From assembly GCF_963921235.1 (NCBI RefSeq), contig NC_086126.1, positions 6,262,001 to 6,326,000 of the forward strand: DNA of 64,000 nt, in the 5' to 3' direction. Position numbers and translations under genes: made by a program. This stretch comes from Mobula hypostoma (lineage: Eukaryota). The notes under the pieces were generated by a model that saw only the letters and a program-made list of their open reading frames with translations, had not been told where the DNA came from and did no database searches. This document shows, piece after piece, positions 11,857 to 24,560 of this stretch. Positions within the stretch are counted from its first letter, which is position 1. Each line of letters starts with the position of its first letter.

Positions 11857-11896
11857 ATGGAGGAGCCGAGCCGTTTCTACATGATGTCTTCGTTCG
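11857..11896 (+). CDS. SF1: Candidate SF1 first coding exon (MEEPSRFYMMSSF)
   Basis: accgATGg start; phase-1 donor G|gtcagg joins in frame to exon 2 (G+AT=Asp); no MATGANATPL-type exon found. Confidence 0.5.
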
Positions 11897-11989
11897 GTCA
11901 GGCGCCGCGCGAGCGAGGTGGGGGGTGCTTCGAAGCCTTTTTTTTCCTCTCCCTCTCGGTTCCTCCTCCCGCCGCATGAGTGATAGCGG

Positions 11990-12110
11990 CACTGGCCAAT
12001 CGGGGGCCGTGTCGCCTTGAGTGACGTTAGTTCCACCAATCAGGGTTGGCGAGCGGTGGCTGTCCCGCCCATAGCCGCCATCTGTCTTTTTCTGGCCGCC
12101 ATGATGAGAC
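11990..12110 (+). promoter_or_regulatory. Second CCAAT/CRE/YY1-like cluster; possible alternative SF1 promoter
   Basis: CCAAT at 11996 and 12037, TGACGT at 12022, two GCCGCCAT YY1-like motifs. Confidence 0.5.
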
Positions 12111-12429
12111 GGCGACGCCAGTTAATAATCAGATTCCCCTCATCTTCAATAATGGGGCCGCGCTGCCTATTCCCCTCGACCCTGCCTCCTCTATCGCGCC
12201 CTGTGCCCCTTGGGGAGGGGGGAGTCGATTAAAATCGGCTTTTTTTTCCTGGTTGACCGATGGCCCCCGCCGACCGTCATGGTGGTCAGGAAAGGCCGTG
12301 GATCGAGCCCGCCCACTAGGCCCCCACTCGTCTCCTCAGAACTGGTTAAATGCCAAAGCCCGGCTTAAATCGGTCACGCGTTCTTCCCATTGTGACCACC
12401 CCCCCCCCAGATATTTTCTAGTTAAAATG

Positions 12430-12990
12430 AAATCTGGCTGGGGGTGGCGAGGGTTGGGGATTAGATCTGACCGGGGGGGGGTCGTAATTGTATCTGGCTG
12501 GGGGCTGTGGGATTGGGGATTATATCTTGGGGGTGATATCTGGCGGGGGGGGGTTAGGGTGAGATCTAACTGGGTGGAGAGTTGGAGGTGATGGCTGACC
12601 GGGGGGGGGGTTGGGAATTTTATCTTGCTGGGTGTGATATCGGGTTGGGGTGAGAGATTTGTCTGGGGGGAATTTTGGGGGTGATATCTGACTGGGGGTG
12701 TTGGTGATTATATTTTACTGTGGGTGATACTGACCGCGGGGGGGGGGGTTGGGGTGAGATCTAACTGGGTGGGTAGTTGGGAGTGATGTCTGACTGGGGG
12801 GGGTTGGGAATTTTATCTTGTTGGGTGTGATATCGGGTTGGGGTGAGATTTGGCTGGAGGGAATGTTGGGGGTGATATCTGACTTGGGGAGGAGGTTGGG
12901 GGTTATATTTTACTGGGGGTGATATCTGATGGAGGGGGAGTTGAGGGTGAGATCTGGCGGGGGTGAGATTAGGGGAAGGTGTGGGTTGAT
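12430..12990 (+). repeat. Degenerate G-rich tandem repeat in SF1 intron 1
   Basis: Recurring GGGGGTGATATCTG(A/G)CTGGGGG-like units with many G runs of 4 or more. Confidence 0.8.
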
Positions 12991-14703
12991 AAAATGCAAG
13001 TCTGAATGTGCAGTCTTTAAGATGTCCTTTGTGAATTGGGAACTTTGGAGGATTGTACTGGGTGTTTGGAATATAACTGGACTTTCCAGCATGCTAGTGT
13101 TTCCTCTCCACCTGAGCCACCTCCATTCTGTATTCAGATATTTGTCGTGTAGCCTCACTGATATACCTTTCTATCTTACTTGGATAGAAACCCATAGCAT
13201 CCTCACCACTAGAGACAGAGTTCTGAATTCTTTACAGCTGTCTTACATCCTTGATCGTGCCCATATCTGGAAGCATTCCTTGCATTAATGATGGTAATAG
13301 TTAGGTTGTCCCTCCACTGCATTTCCTCAAGTTCTTCCTTTTGTAATGTATTAGAACCTTGTAATGTGATGTGATGTTATCCTTGGATGCACCATTGCCT
13401 CATTATGGTTTTGTGATGTGGCAATCTGAATTCCCTGTTGTGGCCAGCCAAGGTTCAAAGGTTGAATTTAATGTCAGAGAAGTGTATACAATATACATCC
13501 TGAAATGCTCTGGTAGCAACCATGTTCCAGAGCTACGAACAAATCCAGGTTATGTGCTTGTGCTTGCTTTGTTCCCTATTCAGTAGCTAGAGTTATTGCA
13601 ACTGTAGTCTCACAACTTCTTTCAGATGTGAAGGAGCAGGAAATCTTGTGACCATTGTCTCTTCCAATTTGCTAAGTATTGTGAAATGTTTATACAGAAT
13701 TTTGTCTGCAAGTCAAGTTATTGCATCATCAATATTTCATACTGCGGGAAGGGTGGTGAATCAAGAGTTCATTTTAGGAATTAATGCTCTGAGATTTTAA
13801 GTTTTGAAATGTTGGAAACAATTTTTCAGTTCAAAGTAAAATTTGTTAAGAGTACATACATGTCACCACATACAACCCTGGGATTCCTTTCCCTGTGGGC
13901 ATACTCAGCAAATCTATAGAACAGTAACTGTAAACAGGATCAATGAACAACAGACTGTGCAAATGTAAGTAGAAATGTATGGCAATAAATAATGAGAACC
14001 TGAAGTAAGCATCCTTGGAGTGAGTGGTGATGTGAGTCCTGAGGGACCTGTACCACCTTCCTGGTGACAGCAGTGAGGTACGGGCATGGCCTAGGCAAGG
14101 ATCTTTGATGATAACTGCTGCTTTTCCGTGGCAACGTTTCATGTAGATGTGCTGATTGGTTGGGAGGGCATGTACAGGGTTGGATCTACTATCTTTTGTA
14201 GGATTTTCCACTGAAAGGTATTGCTGCTCCTGTACCAGGCTGTAATATAGCCAGTCAGCACACTTTCCACCACACGTCTGTTGAAGTTTGCCAAGAGACA
14301 GTTGGATACATGTTTATGGCCGAGACCTTTTTATTGTATCGTTGTTTGAAAACTTCCAATTTTAAGCAAATCGAGTCTTAGGAGTGTGGAATTGTGCATG
14401 ACTTCATGGGCGAATTAGATTCTGCTTGGTTTAAACAGGCAGGAAACTCTCAGTAATGGCAAGAACATCTTTTTAATTGTATTGAAGGCATCTTGGACCC
14501 AAAAAAAGAGCTTAGTTGATTTACTTTTTTAATATTTATCTAGCCATCGTACTTGGAGAATTTAGCTAGGTTATTCCTGACTTTGCAAGTTATAGCTGAC
14601 ATCACATCTTGTTGAGAGGAAGCAGTGAAGATGATGCCAACTATTCTGTCAGTGATTGCCAGGTCGTTTTTCTGATCCATTTTTTCATATGTCCCTTTTT
14701 AAG

Positions 14704-14835
14704 ATGACTTTGGGCAGAAGAGGAGGAAGAGAAGTCGCTGGAGCAATGAAACATCTGATCAAAAGACGGTGATTCCTGGAATGCCGACTGTGATTCCTCC
14801 AGGCCTTACCCGTGAGCAGGAGCGAGCTTATATCG
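14704..14835 (+). CDS. SF1: SF1 exon 2 (U2AF-ligand motif)
   Basis: ttttaag|AT...G|gtaaga; DFGQKRRKRSRWSNETSDQKTVIPGMPTVIPPGLTREQERAYI. Confidence 0.95.
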
Positions 14836-17800
14836 GTAAGAATACCCACCAACATCACTTCTGATAAACAATACGCGTCATAGGGAAAAGGAAATTAGCA
14901 ACATCTTGGACGGGCATGTTTCGCAATGTTCATGTGCAAAACTTTATAGTTGCCGATATGTTTATTGTAATCTCTTAAAGTTATTGAATATATTGGGGGT
15001 GCCACAATAATTAGTTATATCTTGGTGAACTATACGTTTATTGAACATTTGCCTTCTCATCTTTACGCTCATGGCTTCTGCATTTACAGACATTTTTAAT
15101 ATAACTTTGTAAATGAGGCTGGATTCTGTGCAATGTTCTGTTTGGATCGGCTCAGTAAACTTAAATGTGGTGGGTGTATGAGATGCTCACATTCTGTCCT
15201 ACAATTACAAATTACGTCTTGCCCAAAACTTGGCGAGGGCATTTCTGAGCTGTTTAACGTGTAGCCTGTGTACCTGCCAGGGCAGGTTGATCTGCATGCA
15301 TGTCGGAACAGTGCGGCTCCTGGGAAGGTAAAATCCAGAACTGTGCTGCTATAAAGAAATGTGCAAAAAACGCAGCGGCAAGTCATGTTAATCTGCAACT
15401 TTTGAATTCTGTACCTACAGGTACATTGCTGTAACGTGTGTACTTGGCCAAGTAAATCAGTCAGTGTTTCACAATAACTCCAAATGTTTATTGAATTTTT
15501 CTTAATTGTGTTAATGTTTTCCATTCCCCTCGCCTTCCTCCATGTCTCTTCAATTTTATTGCCATTGAAAAACATTGATCAGCCTTGCATTTGGTTATTG
15601 TTTCGTGTGCATTTGTTTCTGCTTGCACAGGGACCTTTATTTCTGGCTGAGCAGACAAAACCAGGATCGGAGTTGAGAGTCCATCAAGCATTAGTTAGTT
15701 AATAAGCAAAGGTCGTTGTCTGACTTAACATTATATTTCCACTTTGGTAGAAAATTTCATGTTGCCAGGAGTACGATTTCAAAAATTGATGAGTAGATTC
15801 GTAAAGCTTGAAGATTGAAATGGTGCTGATTGTTTCTGCTTTGTATGTATTTTTCTGTAGTTGCACGTTGTCTATAATTTTCATGATGTACTATCGAACA
15901 GATGCAATTCCTAATTAGCTGTCATGGGCTTGATTGGATTATATGCTAATTGGCATATCAGGAGAGGCATTGATTAAGCTTGCTCAGTGTCCTGCCTTGT
16001 AACTAAACCCTGAGTCAGCCATCTTGTGGAGCCCTATCTAGTGGCAGAAAGATAAAAGTTTACAAACAACACCAGCAGGTGTTGTAAGTTCAGCCTGTGG
16101 AAAAAGTTGTCCCATCTGCTTCTGTGTGTTGCCCTATGGGTGTTGTTGCTTGATGTTTGCGCTGTTCCCCAGGCTGTGGTTTGTGGCACATTTCTGTGTT
16201 GGCTCCTGTTTATATTGTACATTCAAGTATGTTGTGTACTTGTGTACCAGTGAGGTGACAAAGATCAGGAGGCTGGTGATATCTTTAATGAAGTTATGTC
16301 AGGAAACGACAATTTCCTCTTCCTTAAGAAGTCTGGTTGTTTCCTGTCTTGACAGTAACATGGCCAGCAATTGAAGATCACCTACTGTTTGTATGGAAGT
16401 ATCACACATGAAGAGAGAAAAGTTTATGTTCCTGGGAGCAAGCTGTTTATAATGTGACTGCTGCCTACTGCAGTTCAAGTTCAGCAAGTCCCTTTGCATT
16501 CACTTGAGGGATTTTGTTTTTCCTTTTGTTTCGCTTCCCAATGTTGTAAGAGCAGCCAGGTTTTAGATTTGGAGCAGGAGTGGGCCTTCTATTTTTGTCC
16601 TTAAACCAGGGAGTGTTTGTAGCCAGGTGTTTAATTTGTGGCGCACTCCAGCTTAGTCAGATGGCTAAGGGGGTTTAGTGGAAAATTGTGGATCATATCC
16701 TGAGTGGTTTGGTCTACTTGAAGTGTTGATGCTTAACTGTCTGGAAGATAACAACAGATTTAGCAAAGCAATTTATACTGAAAAGAAAATAAATTTTGGG
16801 TAATTGATTAGCACCAGGCTAGGGTACTGGATAATAATTCTAGGTCTAGACAGTAACTGAACAAGTTATTGAAGAGAATAGAGTGAGGCTCCAGAATACC
16901 ATTTTTCTTCTCATCTGCAGATTTACTGACCCTAGAGCAGGCGTTCCCAATGGAATAAAAAAGGGTTGAGAGTCCCTGCCCCAGACGCCTAGTTTCTCAG
17001 AAAACCATTTCTGTGTTACCTTACGTTTGCAGACTCTTGCCCTTGCTGTGTCCCATAATGCATACCTCTACTGAGAGGTTTTTACACGCAGTAGGAAAGG
17101 ATTTTGCAACGAGCAGTTCCTCTCCGTGTGAGGATTTGTGTAACAGCAATGAATTGATCTTGTTATCCAGCCATTTAGCACTGTCCAGCCAAAGCTGAGG
17201 TGAAATGAGTTCTTCACACTAAGCTGTGTTGTACGGGGCTGTTGCTCCTTACTGGATTGAAAACAAGAAACTGCAAATTTCAGCACTTCATGACAAAGAC
17301 TTCATTATTTGGGCTTGTAATACTCTTTTCCACCTTCTTTTTTGCCCTGTCGCCCCCTTCTCTCTCCTCCCAGCACCCCATAGGAAAATACATTGTATTC
17401 TCTGTAGGGTTTTGATTATTTTGTCTGTCTCAACTGTGCTCAGCTTGCAGATTTAACCTGTTAAAAATCTGTTAGAACTTGTTATTTTGATCAATTCATT
17501 CTCCCTAATAAATCGGATATGTCCGCCTGTACCCGGACTTGAAATTGGGCCCAATAGAGTTCCATGGCCAGATGTTGACATCGACAGGGCTGGACGAATC
17601 ACATGGCCCCTGAACTCGGACTAGATTGCTAGTCTGGAATCTGGATTGGCCTACAAGTCATCTGCCAATTTCCAGCCTGTTCCAATTATGTTTGGAAAAT
17701 CTTCTCTGATACAGAAATGGTTCTGTTTGAGGTTTGTGAATGTTTATTGGTGAGCTTGTTGGAGAAGTCCTGCTAAAAATGTAAAAGGGTTGAAATTGGC

Positions 17801-18215
17801 TTCCCTTGATTGGATTAAGAAAAAGGCTGGTGACTTTAAATTAATCAATTCTTCCAGCCCTGAAAGAGCTCTAAAGCTGCTGACTTAAATTGAGCTTTTT
17901 AATTTAATGTTTTTTTTCATATTGTGGCAACCCTAATATTTACTAGTTGTAATGATAATGTTTTCCTTTGACACAATTACAGAGCTCGTGTTTTAATGGT
18001 ATCCATATTAGGATTGTGTTGCAACTTGGGCCAAGCCTCTGTTCAATGTTAATGAAATGCCTCATTTCTTGATTTTAATTTTTTTGACTAATATTCATGC
18101 TGTTGAAACGTTCATTGCACTGTCTCCAAGCTCCGTGCTGTGTGTTGATAACGATTTGAGAATTTATGTAACTTTTCTTTTCCGTCCTTTTTTTTCCTAA
18201 CCTGGTTTCTTCCAG

Positions 18216-18291
18216 TGCAACTACAGATTGAAGACCTGACTCGCAAACTGCGTACCGGAGACCTTGGTATCCCCCCAAACCCTGAGGACAG
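18216..18291 (+). CDS. SF1: SF1 exon 3
   Basis: Branch point cctaac, ttccag|TG...AG|gttggg; VQLQIEDLTRKLRTGDLGIPPNPED(R). Confidence 0.96.
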
Positions 18292-21200
18292 GTTGGGAAA
18301 GTTTTAAACCAGCTGACAGTAACAATTTTCCTTTTCAATACTTGGTGTCATCGCATAAGAAATGTGTGATGTGGTTTTATTGGAATTGCTAATCTCACAA
18401 TTGTGGTATCCTTTATCTGACGCTATTTTCAGTACAGGAATGGAAATGGTCACCTTTATTACTTTTTTTTTAATCTCTTGAAGTTAAACCATATTAACTT
18501 AAGTTGGATAGGGGACAGCTGTGGTCTAAATTTATATTTTTTGTTTTTCTGATGAAGGATAGTTAAGAAGTAAGGCAGTGAGTTAATGTTATAAGTATAA
18601 GAATGAAGGTCTGGGAACATCTTGTCAGTAACTGCTGGCGGTAGTGGCAAAACTTTAATCAATGTGCCCTTGAATTTCATTCCTGCTGTGGTTAACGTGA
18701 AGGCTTCACAGCTTGGCAGAGAGGTGTAATGTCAGCCAATTACCTCCATTGCCAGGCTTCTGGCAGATTAGATCCAATGTCTTTTCACCCCCCACCCAGT
18801 CCATCTCAGCCTTGCTCTATCCAGCTACCTCCTGATCCAGGTCAGAGTTCTTTCACTTCAACCATGGCAGGCCTTCTTGCTGTGCCTGCTTTGCTTTTAA
18901 CAAGTGGCCCCTCTTTCTTCTGATGCTCAAAATGCACGAGGAAGGAAATGTGTTTCAGCAGTACTTGACTTGTCCTTGCTCTGAAAACTTGAAAAGATGA
19001 AAATAATTCAGGCCATCTTTGCAATCTTTTGGAATTTGGAAGCCCATTGTTTGATTTATCTGGGTTGGTTAATTTTTATTTGTCGGAAGATTCGTCGTGT
19101 CCAGTATATTTTTGCTGTTCATTTCAAGAATCCCACTTCTTCCAGGTTGGTCATGAATATGACAGACAAGCTGTCCTGAATGGCTGTTAACTGCATCTGT
19201 GCTTTAAACATGTCAGGTCCAGTTGGGCAGCTTGCCTCAAATTCGCTTGAAGCACTTTTGCCATGAAGTTTGCAATGAATTGGTTAAAACCTGTTGCGAT
19301 TAAACATTTTTGCACCTGCTATTTCCAGAGCACAGGTTGATGTGATCTTGCAACAGTAAATGATTTTAGTGCTGAACAGAGCAAGTCTTAACTATTACTG
19401 AGGTAACTCTTAGGGTGGAGTGCGGTATGGTGCCTTGCTCATGGGCCATTTCTTAACATTATTGGAGTCTTGTTCAACAGGCTAATGTGAACTGCTCTTA
19501 ATTCCATCACAGGAGGGGGAGGGGATCTCTTTATAAACTAATGTATATTGTAGACAAGACTGGTGTGGTTACAAAGCAGTACTCTGTTGCTTGCCTGCTA
19601 GCACAAATTATCTAAGATCTTCCCACATAGACTAGGAAGCGTGTGGCTTTTTAAATCAGTGATGCGGCCTGCCTATTCCTGCTGGCTTGCCCTGGGAATG
19701 GTAATCGTGAGGGTGTACGGCAGAGAAATTTTGAAGTGACTGTTTTATTGTGTCCTTGCCCATCTCTTTATCCCACCCCTAAGCCACCCCTAAACGTACT
19801 GATTTAGCTTGACTAAAATTTAAGGTCACCCTCTTAACAATTCTGTTTTCTCCTGGAATTAGCTTTTACTGTGTTTAGTGACCGTAAAACCATCTTAATA
19901 CAAGTGTTCTACATTGGTGCATGGTTGCCAGGAGTTTACATTGGGACCTTTAAATGCTCTTTGTAACCAATATTCTTTTTTAATATGCTCCATTGCTTAT
20001 TTAACTGTTTTATTTTCCATTTAATAATTACGTCACAATTTGAATCCCATAGTTACATTCTTTCAGTTTGAACAGTTTAAGGTGCTGGTTTTGGTTGACC
20101 TTTTTAACCTGCTGAAATTTTTTTATTTAGAATACTTTCGGTTTGCTGCCTTTTTTTTAATGGTGACATTAGGAGGTGACCACAGCTGTCTTTCAGTAAT
20201 TGTTAAAACTGTAAATAAGTATTTACTGAGTAACAAGCTTTTATTTTTATTGTAATGATGAGAGGAGAAACTTGCTTTTGTATCTGCATGCCGATAGTCG
20301 AAAATGTTCCACTTGATCAGGAAATCCACTGGTCCTGTCAGCCAAACATTTAGAAACTAGTGTTGGAAGTAGCGACTCATTTGATGAAAAACTCAGCTGC
20401 TGGGACAGCCAGCTGAGCACACATTCAATAGTACAGATCCAGCACCCTCGAGGCAAACACTTGCAGTAGTAATGCACCAGAAAGGTTTTTTTTCACTTCT
20501 GGGAGGTGGCAGGTGCAGGGTAATTGGTTGGGAGCCTTTATCATTGCACGGGAGGGTCAGGAAATGGTGAGCTTCAAACTATTCTATGGCAGCTTGGGCA
20601 TCGTGGAGCTTTAGGATCCATCCTTGAAGTGATAGGCTGATGCACTGGAGTGTAAGACCTGGCTGGAATTTGACAATCCAGAATTTATTTTTTAATTATA
20701 AAAGTTTTAATTGCCTGGAGATGCAGATGACATTGAGCTGTAGTGCAGAAAATGGAATGTCACTGCATAGAATTGTTCATAGGAAATGGAGAAAGGTTAA
20801 AAGTTCTTAATAATTATTTCCTTTTCTGCTAACAATAGTAGGTGAGGGGTCAGAGGTAGGCAGGGACATAGGAGCAGTATTGGGCTATCTGCCCCGTTGA
20901 GTCTTTGCTATTCCACCATGGTTGATGTATTTTCCCTCTCAACCCAAATTCTCTGCATTCTCCCCGTAACCCTGGATGGCTGCCACCACCACTTTAAATA
21001 TACCCAATGTTATGGCCTCCCCAGCAATGAATTCCACAGTTCACCGCCCTCTGACTAAAGAAATTGCTCCTCGTCTCCATTCTAAAGGTCATTAACCAAC
21101 TTTAATGACTGATGCTTGTCTTTGCTAGAGATCTGAGGGAGGCAAATGGCCTTTGAATTCCCTTACCATGCTTTTCTACAGCTATTTTCAATTCCTCTAC

Positions 21201-24200
21201 CTGTAAATTGTGTAACAGATCTTGTACACTTAAAAGTGATTTCTATCAGTAGAGTTAAATGTAGCAGCAAACTGCCCCGATGGTCTGCTTGCTGTGGTTT
21301 CAGTGCAGTACTGCAGAAAATGTGAATGCATTGTTTGTAATCTTATCAAAATTCTGCAGAAATAGCAACTGTAACATCAAGACAAACTGTGAGAGGCAAT
21401 AGGCCAGATAACGTCTGTACTTAGGGTATTTCTTAACCAAAATCAAGCAGAGTTAATGTTTTATGAAAGGGAAGTTGTGTTTTTACACACTTACTATTGT
21501 CCTTTGAGGGTGTGACAGATGAGGTCTGTAATGTGGATTTCTGGATAGTATGAACACGAGGGTTGGGGCATGGATATTGGCGTGGGAAGGGATTGTGTAA
21601 CTAACAGAAGCGGTTTGGATAAATGTAATACTGGGGTTGGAGCATGTGTGAAAGAGACTGACAAGTTATAGTGAAATGAGATGAGAATGGATTGCCACCC
21701 TAGAGAGTAAAGGAGGTGGAATCTATTCAAGGTGAAAATTGAGTGATATGAATAAATCACCCATGATCGGAATGGTACAGCTGCCCGACGGGAATAGTTG
21801 AGAAGCTGACTAGGATTTGTCCTGTAGTAAGAAAGGAGCCACACCCACACCACTTCATTAGTGCTCACACATTAAGAGGCCCCCATTAGGTGCCAAGGGC
21901 TCAATGGAGACAAATCACCTCAAATCTTGTGTGCAGTTCCCTGTCAACAGCTTTAATTTGGTGATTATGGGTTTAATTCTTTATAGAGTAATTACTTGTG
22001 TTTTTATTGGGTTTAAAACTACCTTACATCTGGCTTTTAATTTAAATTCGAGAGCACCAAGATGAGGCCTTTAGTTTTAATTGGGACTTGTGTTTTCTAT
22101 CCTGTCAGATCAGACAAGTGAGTGAGAGGAACAGAGGACAGAAATGGCTGCAGGACCAGTTGCTTTCTATTGGCTGTTTGCAGCACAGGGCAGACTGGTT
22201 ACATTTTCTGTTCTGCATTATGTCGCTGCTGTCCAACTAGTAATTAGGTGGTCTCAATCCTTTAAAAGCATGTTTGGATTCTGTGGGCTGAAGCTGCACA
22301 GGCTGGCTTGTGAAAGTATTTGTCCTTCAGCACATGGTGTCTAATTAGCCGAAGTAACTGTTAACTAGTATTGAGAAATGTGCCTCTGAGTTCCTAGGGT
22401 TGTAACGATGTGGATCGCAGCAGGTTCATTCTGCTTGCATGCTCACCAAAGCTATGATTGAATTCCCAATTTTTTCTGATTGATTCCTTGTGTCAAATGG
22501 ATATGAACAACTGAATTACTGATTCCATTTCGAAACTCCCCATCTTCCATTTGGATATTGTATGTGTTCAGATTAATCTTATAAGACTTGTTGCAACCCT
22601 AGCAACGACGAGGCCTGTGTTTATAAGAATGAAATGTTTAATTCTGCGTATATTGACCTACAAACCCCTGATTTCCTTTTAACCAAAATCCCCCTTTGAC
22701 TCCTTTCTAAAACAAAACTTTTAAAATTTATATTTAGACAAACTAATAGCAGGGTTTACAGGTGCACTGCGTGGGACCCAACCTGCAATTCATGGTTTGG
22801 AGAGAAGCTGAGCTTTTCCTGACCATTTTTTTCTTCATTTACTTCTATACAAAACAAACAAAAGAAAAAGAGGGGCCAGAGAGCAGCCTGGGACTGCCAG
22901 TAAGGCTTAACATGTCTCTTTAGTACCGATCACAGAAGTAGCAGCTTTAGCTCAGTAGGTGCAGGAGAGCTACATTCGACATCTGAAGAAACCGGAAAAA
23001 GGCCATTCTATCTTGATTAACTGCCGTTGGTACCAACCACCAGACAGCTCCCACCCCCCCCATCTTCTCCCACCCCAACCCTCCCACAAATCTTTTTAGT
23101 GCATAACTTACCTTGAGTTCTATGCAGGTTAATGTTTTTTTTGCTCAAAAGGTTTGTAAGATGATAGCTGAAAGTACAATCTTACAACGTCACCATAGAA
23201 TAAGAAAGAACACGCTTTTACAATTAATGAGCTGTGTGGTAAAGCAGTTTCCAAAATCCCCTTTCCTTGTAGGGGCTGGGAGGGAAAGCACCTCTTGTTG
23301 ACTGAGTCTGTGTTCAAAGTTCAGAAGACATTCAGTGGGACAATACAACGTGTTGGGGGTCATACTCGCACAGAAACTGTGCCAGTGGCAGATGTAGAGT
23401 GTAGGAATCCTCGTTGCGATGCATTGAGTGGTTCGTGTAGGATATTGTTATTGTTTATTAGTAGAAGGCAGATGCTTTTGCGGTCTGGGCTTTGCTCCCT
23501 GCATAGAGTGCAGCCGTGCCACCTGAGAATATTCCTATTGGGACTCCGCAGCCCGTGTCTTGAAAATGTTATCTCCATGCACCCGTTATTTGGGTTGATG
23601 CGTTTAAAGCCTTTGGCGTTTTCTCTCTGCAGTTGGATTTACTTTTAACAAGTTCTCCATTTTATAGGCTAATGAGACTTGAACCTTAGTTACAGTGGGA
23701 ATAGAGAAAATGGGTACTGGCATGTTACATGCTTTATCTCTGGGTTTGTGCCACAGACCCTTGGAAGATTCTTGACCTGTTTATGCCTCTTAAATAGCTG
23801 AGGCAGTGACACCTCACCAAAACTGGTCAGGTCCACCCTCAGTTAGGATGCACGATTGAAGGGTTCTGGAGAGCACTGCTCTTCACGTGCACTTTCCTTA
23901 ACTCTCTCAAAGGCAATGAAACTAGAAGATCGGTCACTGGAATGAGCAAAGGATTTGTCCAGTTCAGAGCATCTCCAAAGCATTGCTAAGCCCAGTTCCA
24001 CTTTGCTCTGTTGCTGTCACAGTTGTGCATGGGTGGGTCAAGTCTCGGGATATACAGAACTTGTTTGTCTGGGTGGGGGACTAGATGGTATTTTTCTGAT
24101 TGAATGCAGTCTGCTTAGTCAACAAGAGGGCTGGCCCTGAGTGCTCACGTGACCTCAAGCTTGTTCTATAGTGTAAAATGTTATTTGATATTTTCCTAAA

Positions 24201-24560
24201 ACTGTCTCATTAAATCCCTGTTCACAGCCTTAGCACACTTCCAAATGACTAGCTAACCTAGCTACTGCCTCTTCAGTGAAAGGCGGGACCACTGACTGTT
24301 CATTGTGTTCCAAGTGCAGACAGTGACGCTAACCAGATTAACTGTTCAGGAGCCATAATCAGCTCAGGTTAACAACTTTCCTCATCTCGACGCCTCCAAT
24401 CAATTGCTATAGCCATGGTAACACACTTTTGAGAATAAGGTGTCTCAGTGAACTAGGAAAATGCAGGCGAGGTGTTCTTAATTAAAAGATGCAATAGAGC
24501 TACTAAGGTGAGCCGGTAACTAGTGAGGCGAACGTGACAAGTTTGTGATTTCCTGCACAG

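Noticed and set aside
12101-12232. GCCGCCATG-initiated ORF (MMRRRRQLII...) as the SF1 start
   Set aside because: It ends at TAA with no suitable donor; the context is better explained as a YY1-like motif or a uORF
20250-20420. Intronic C/D-box snoRNA (ATGATGA ... CTGA)
   Set aside because: No terminal stem, long box spacing and no recognisable rRNA or snRNA guide
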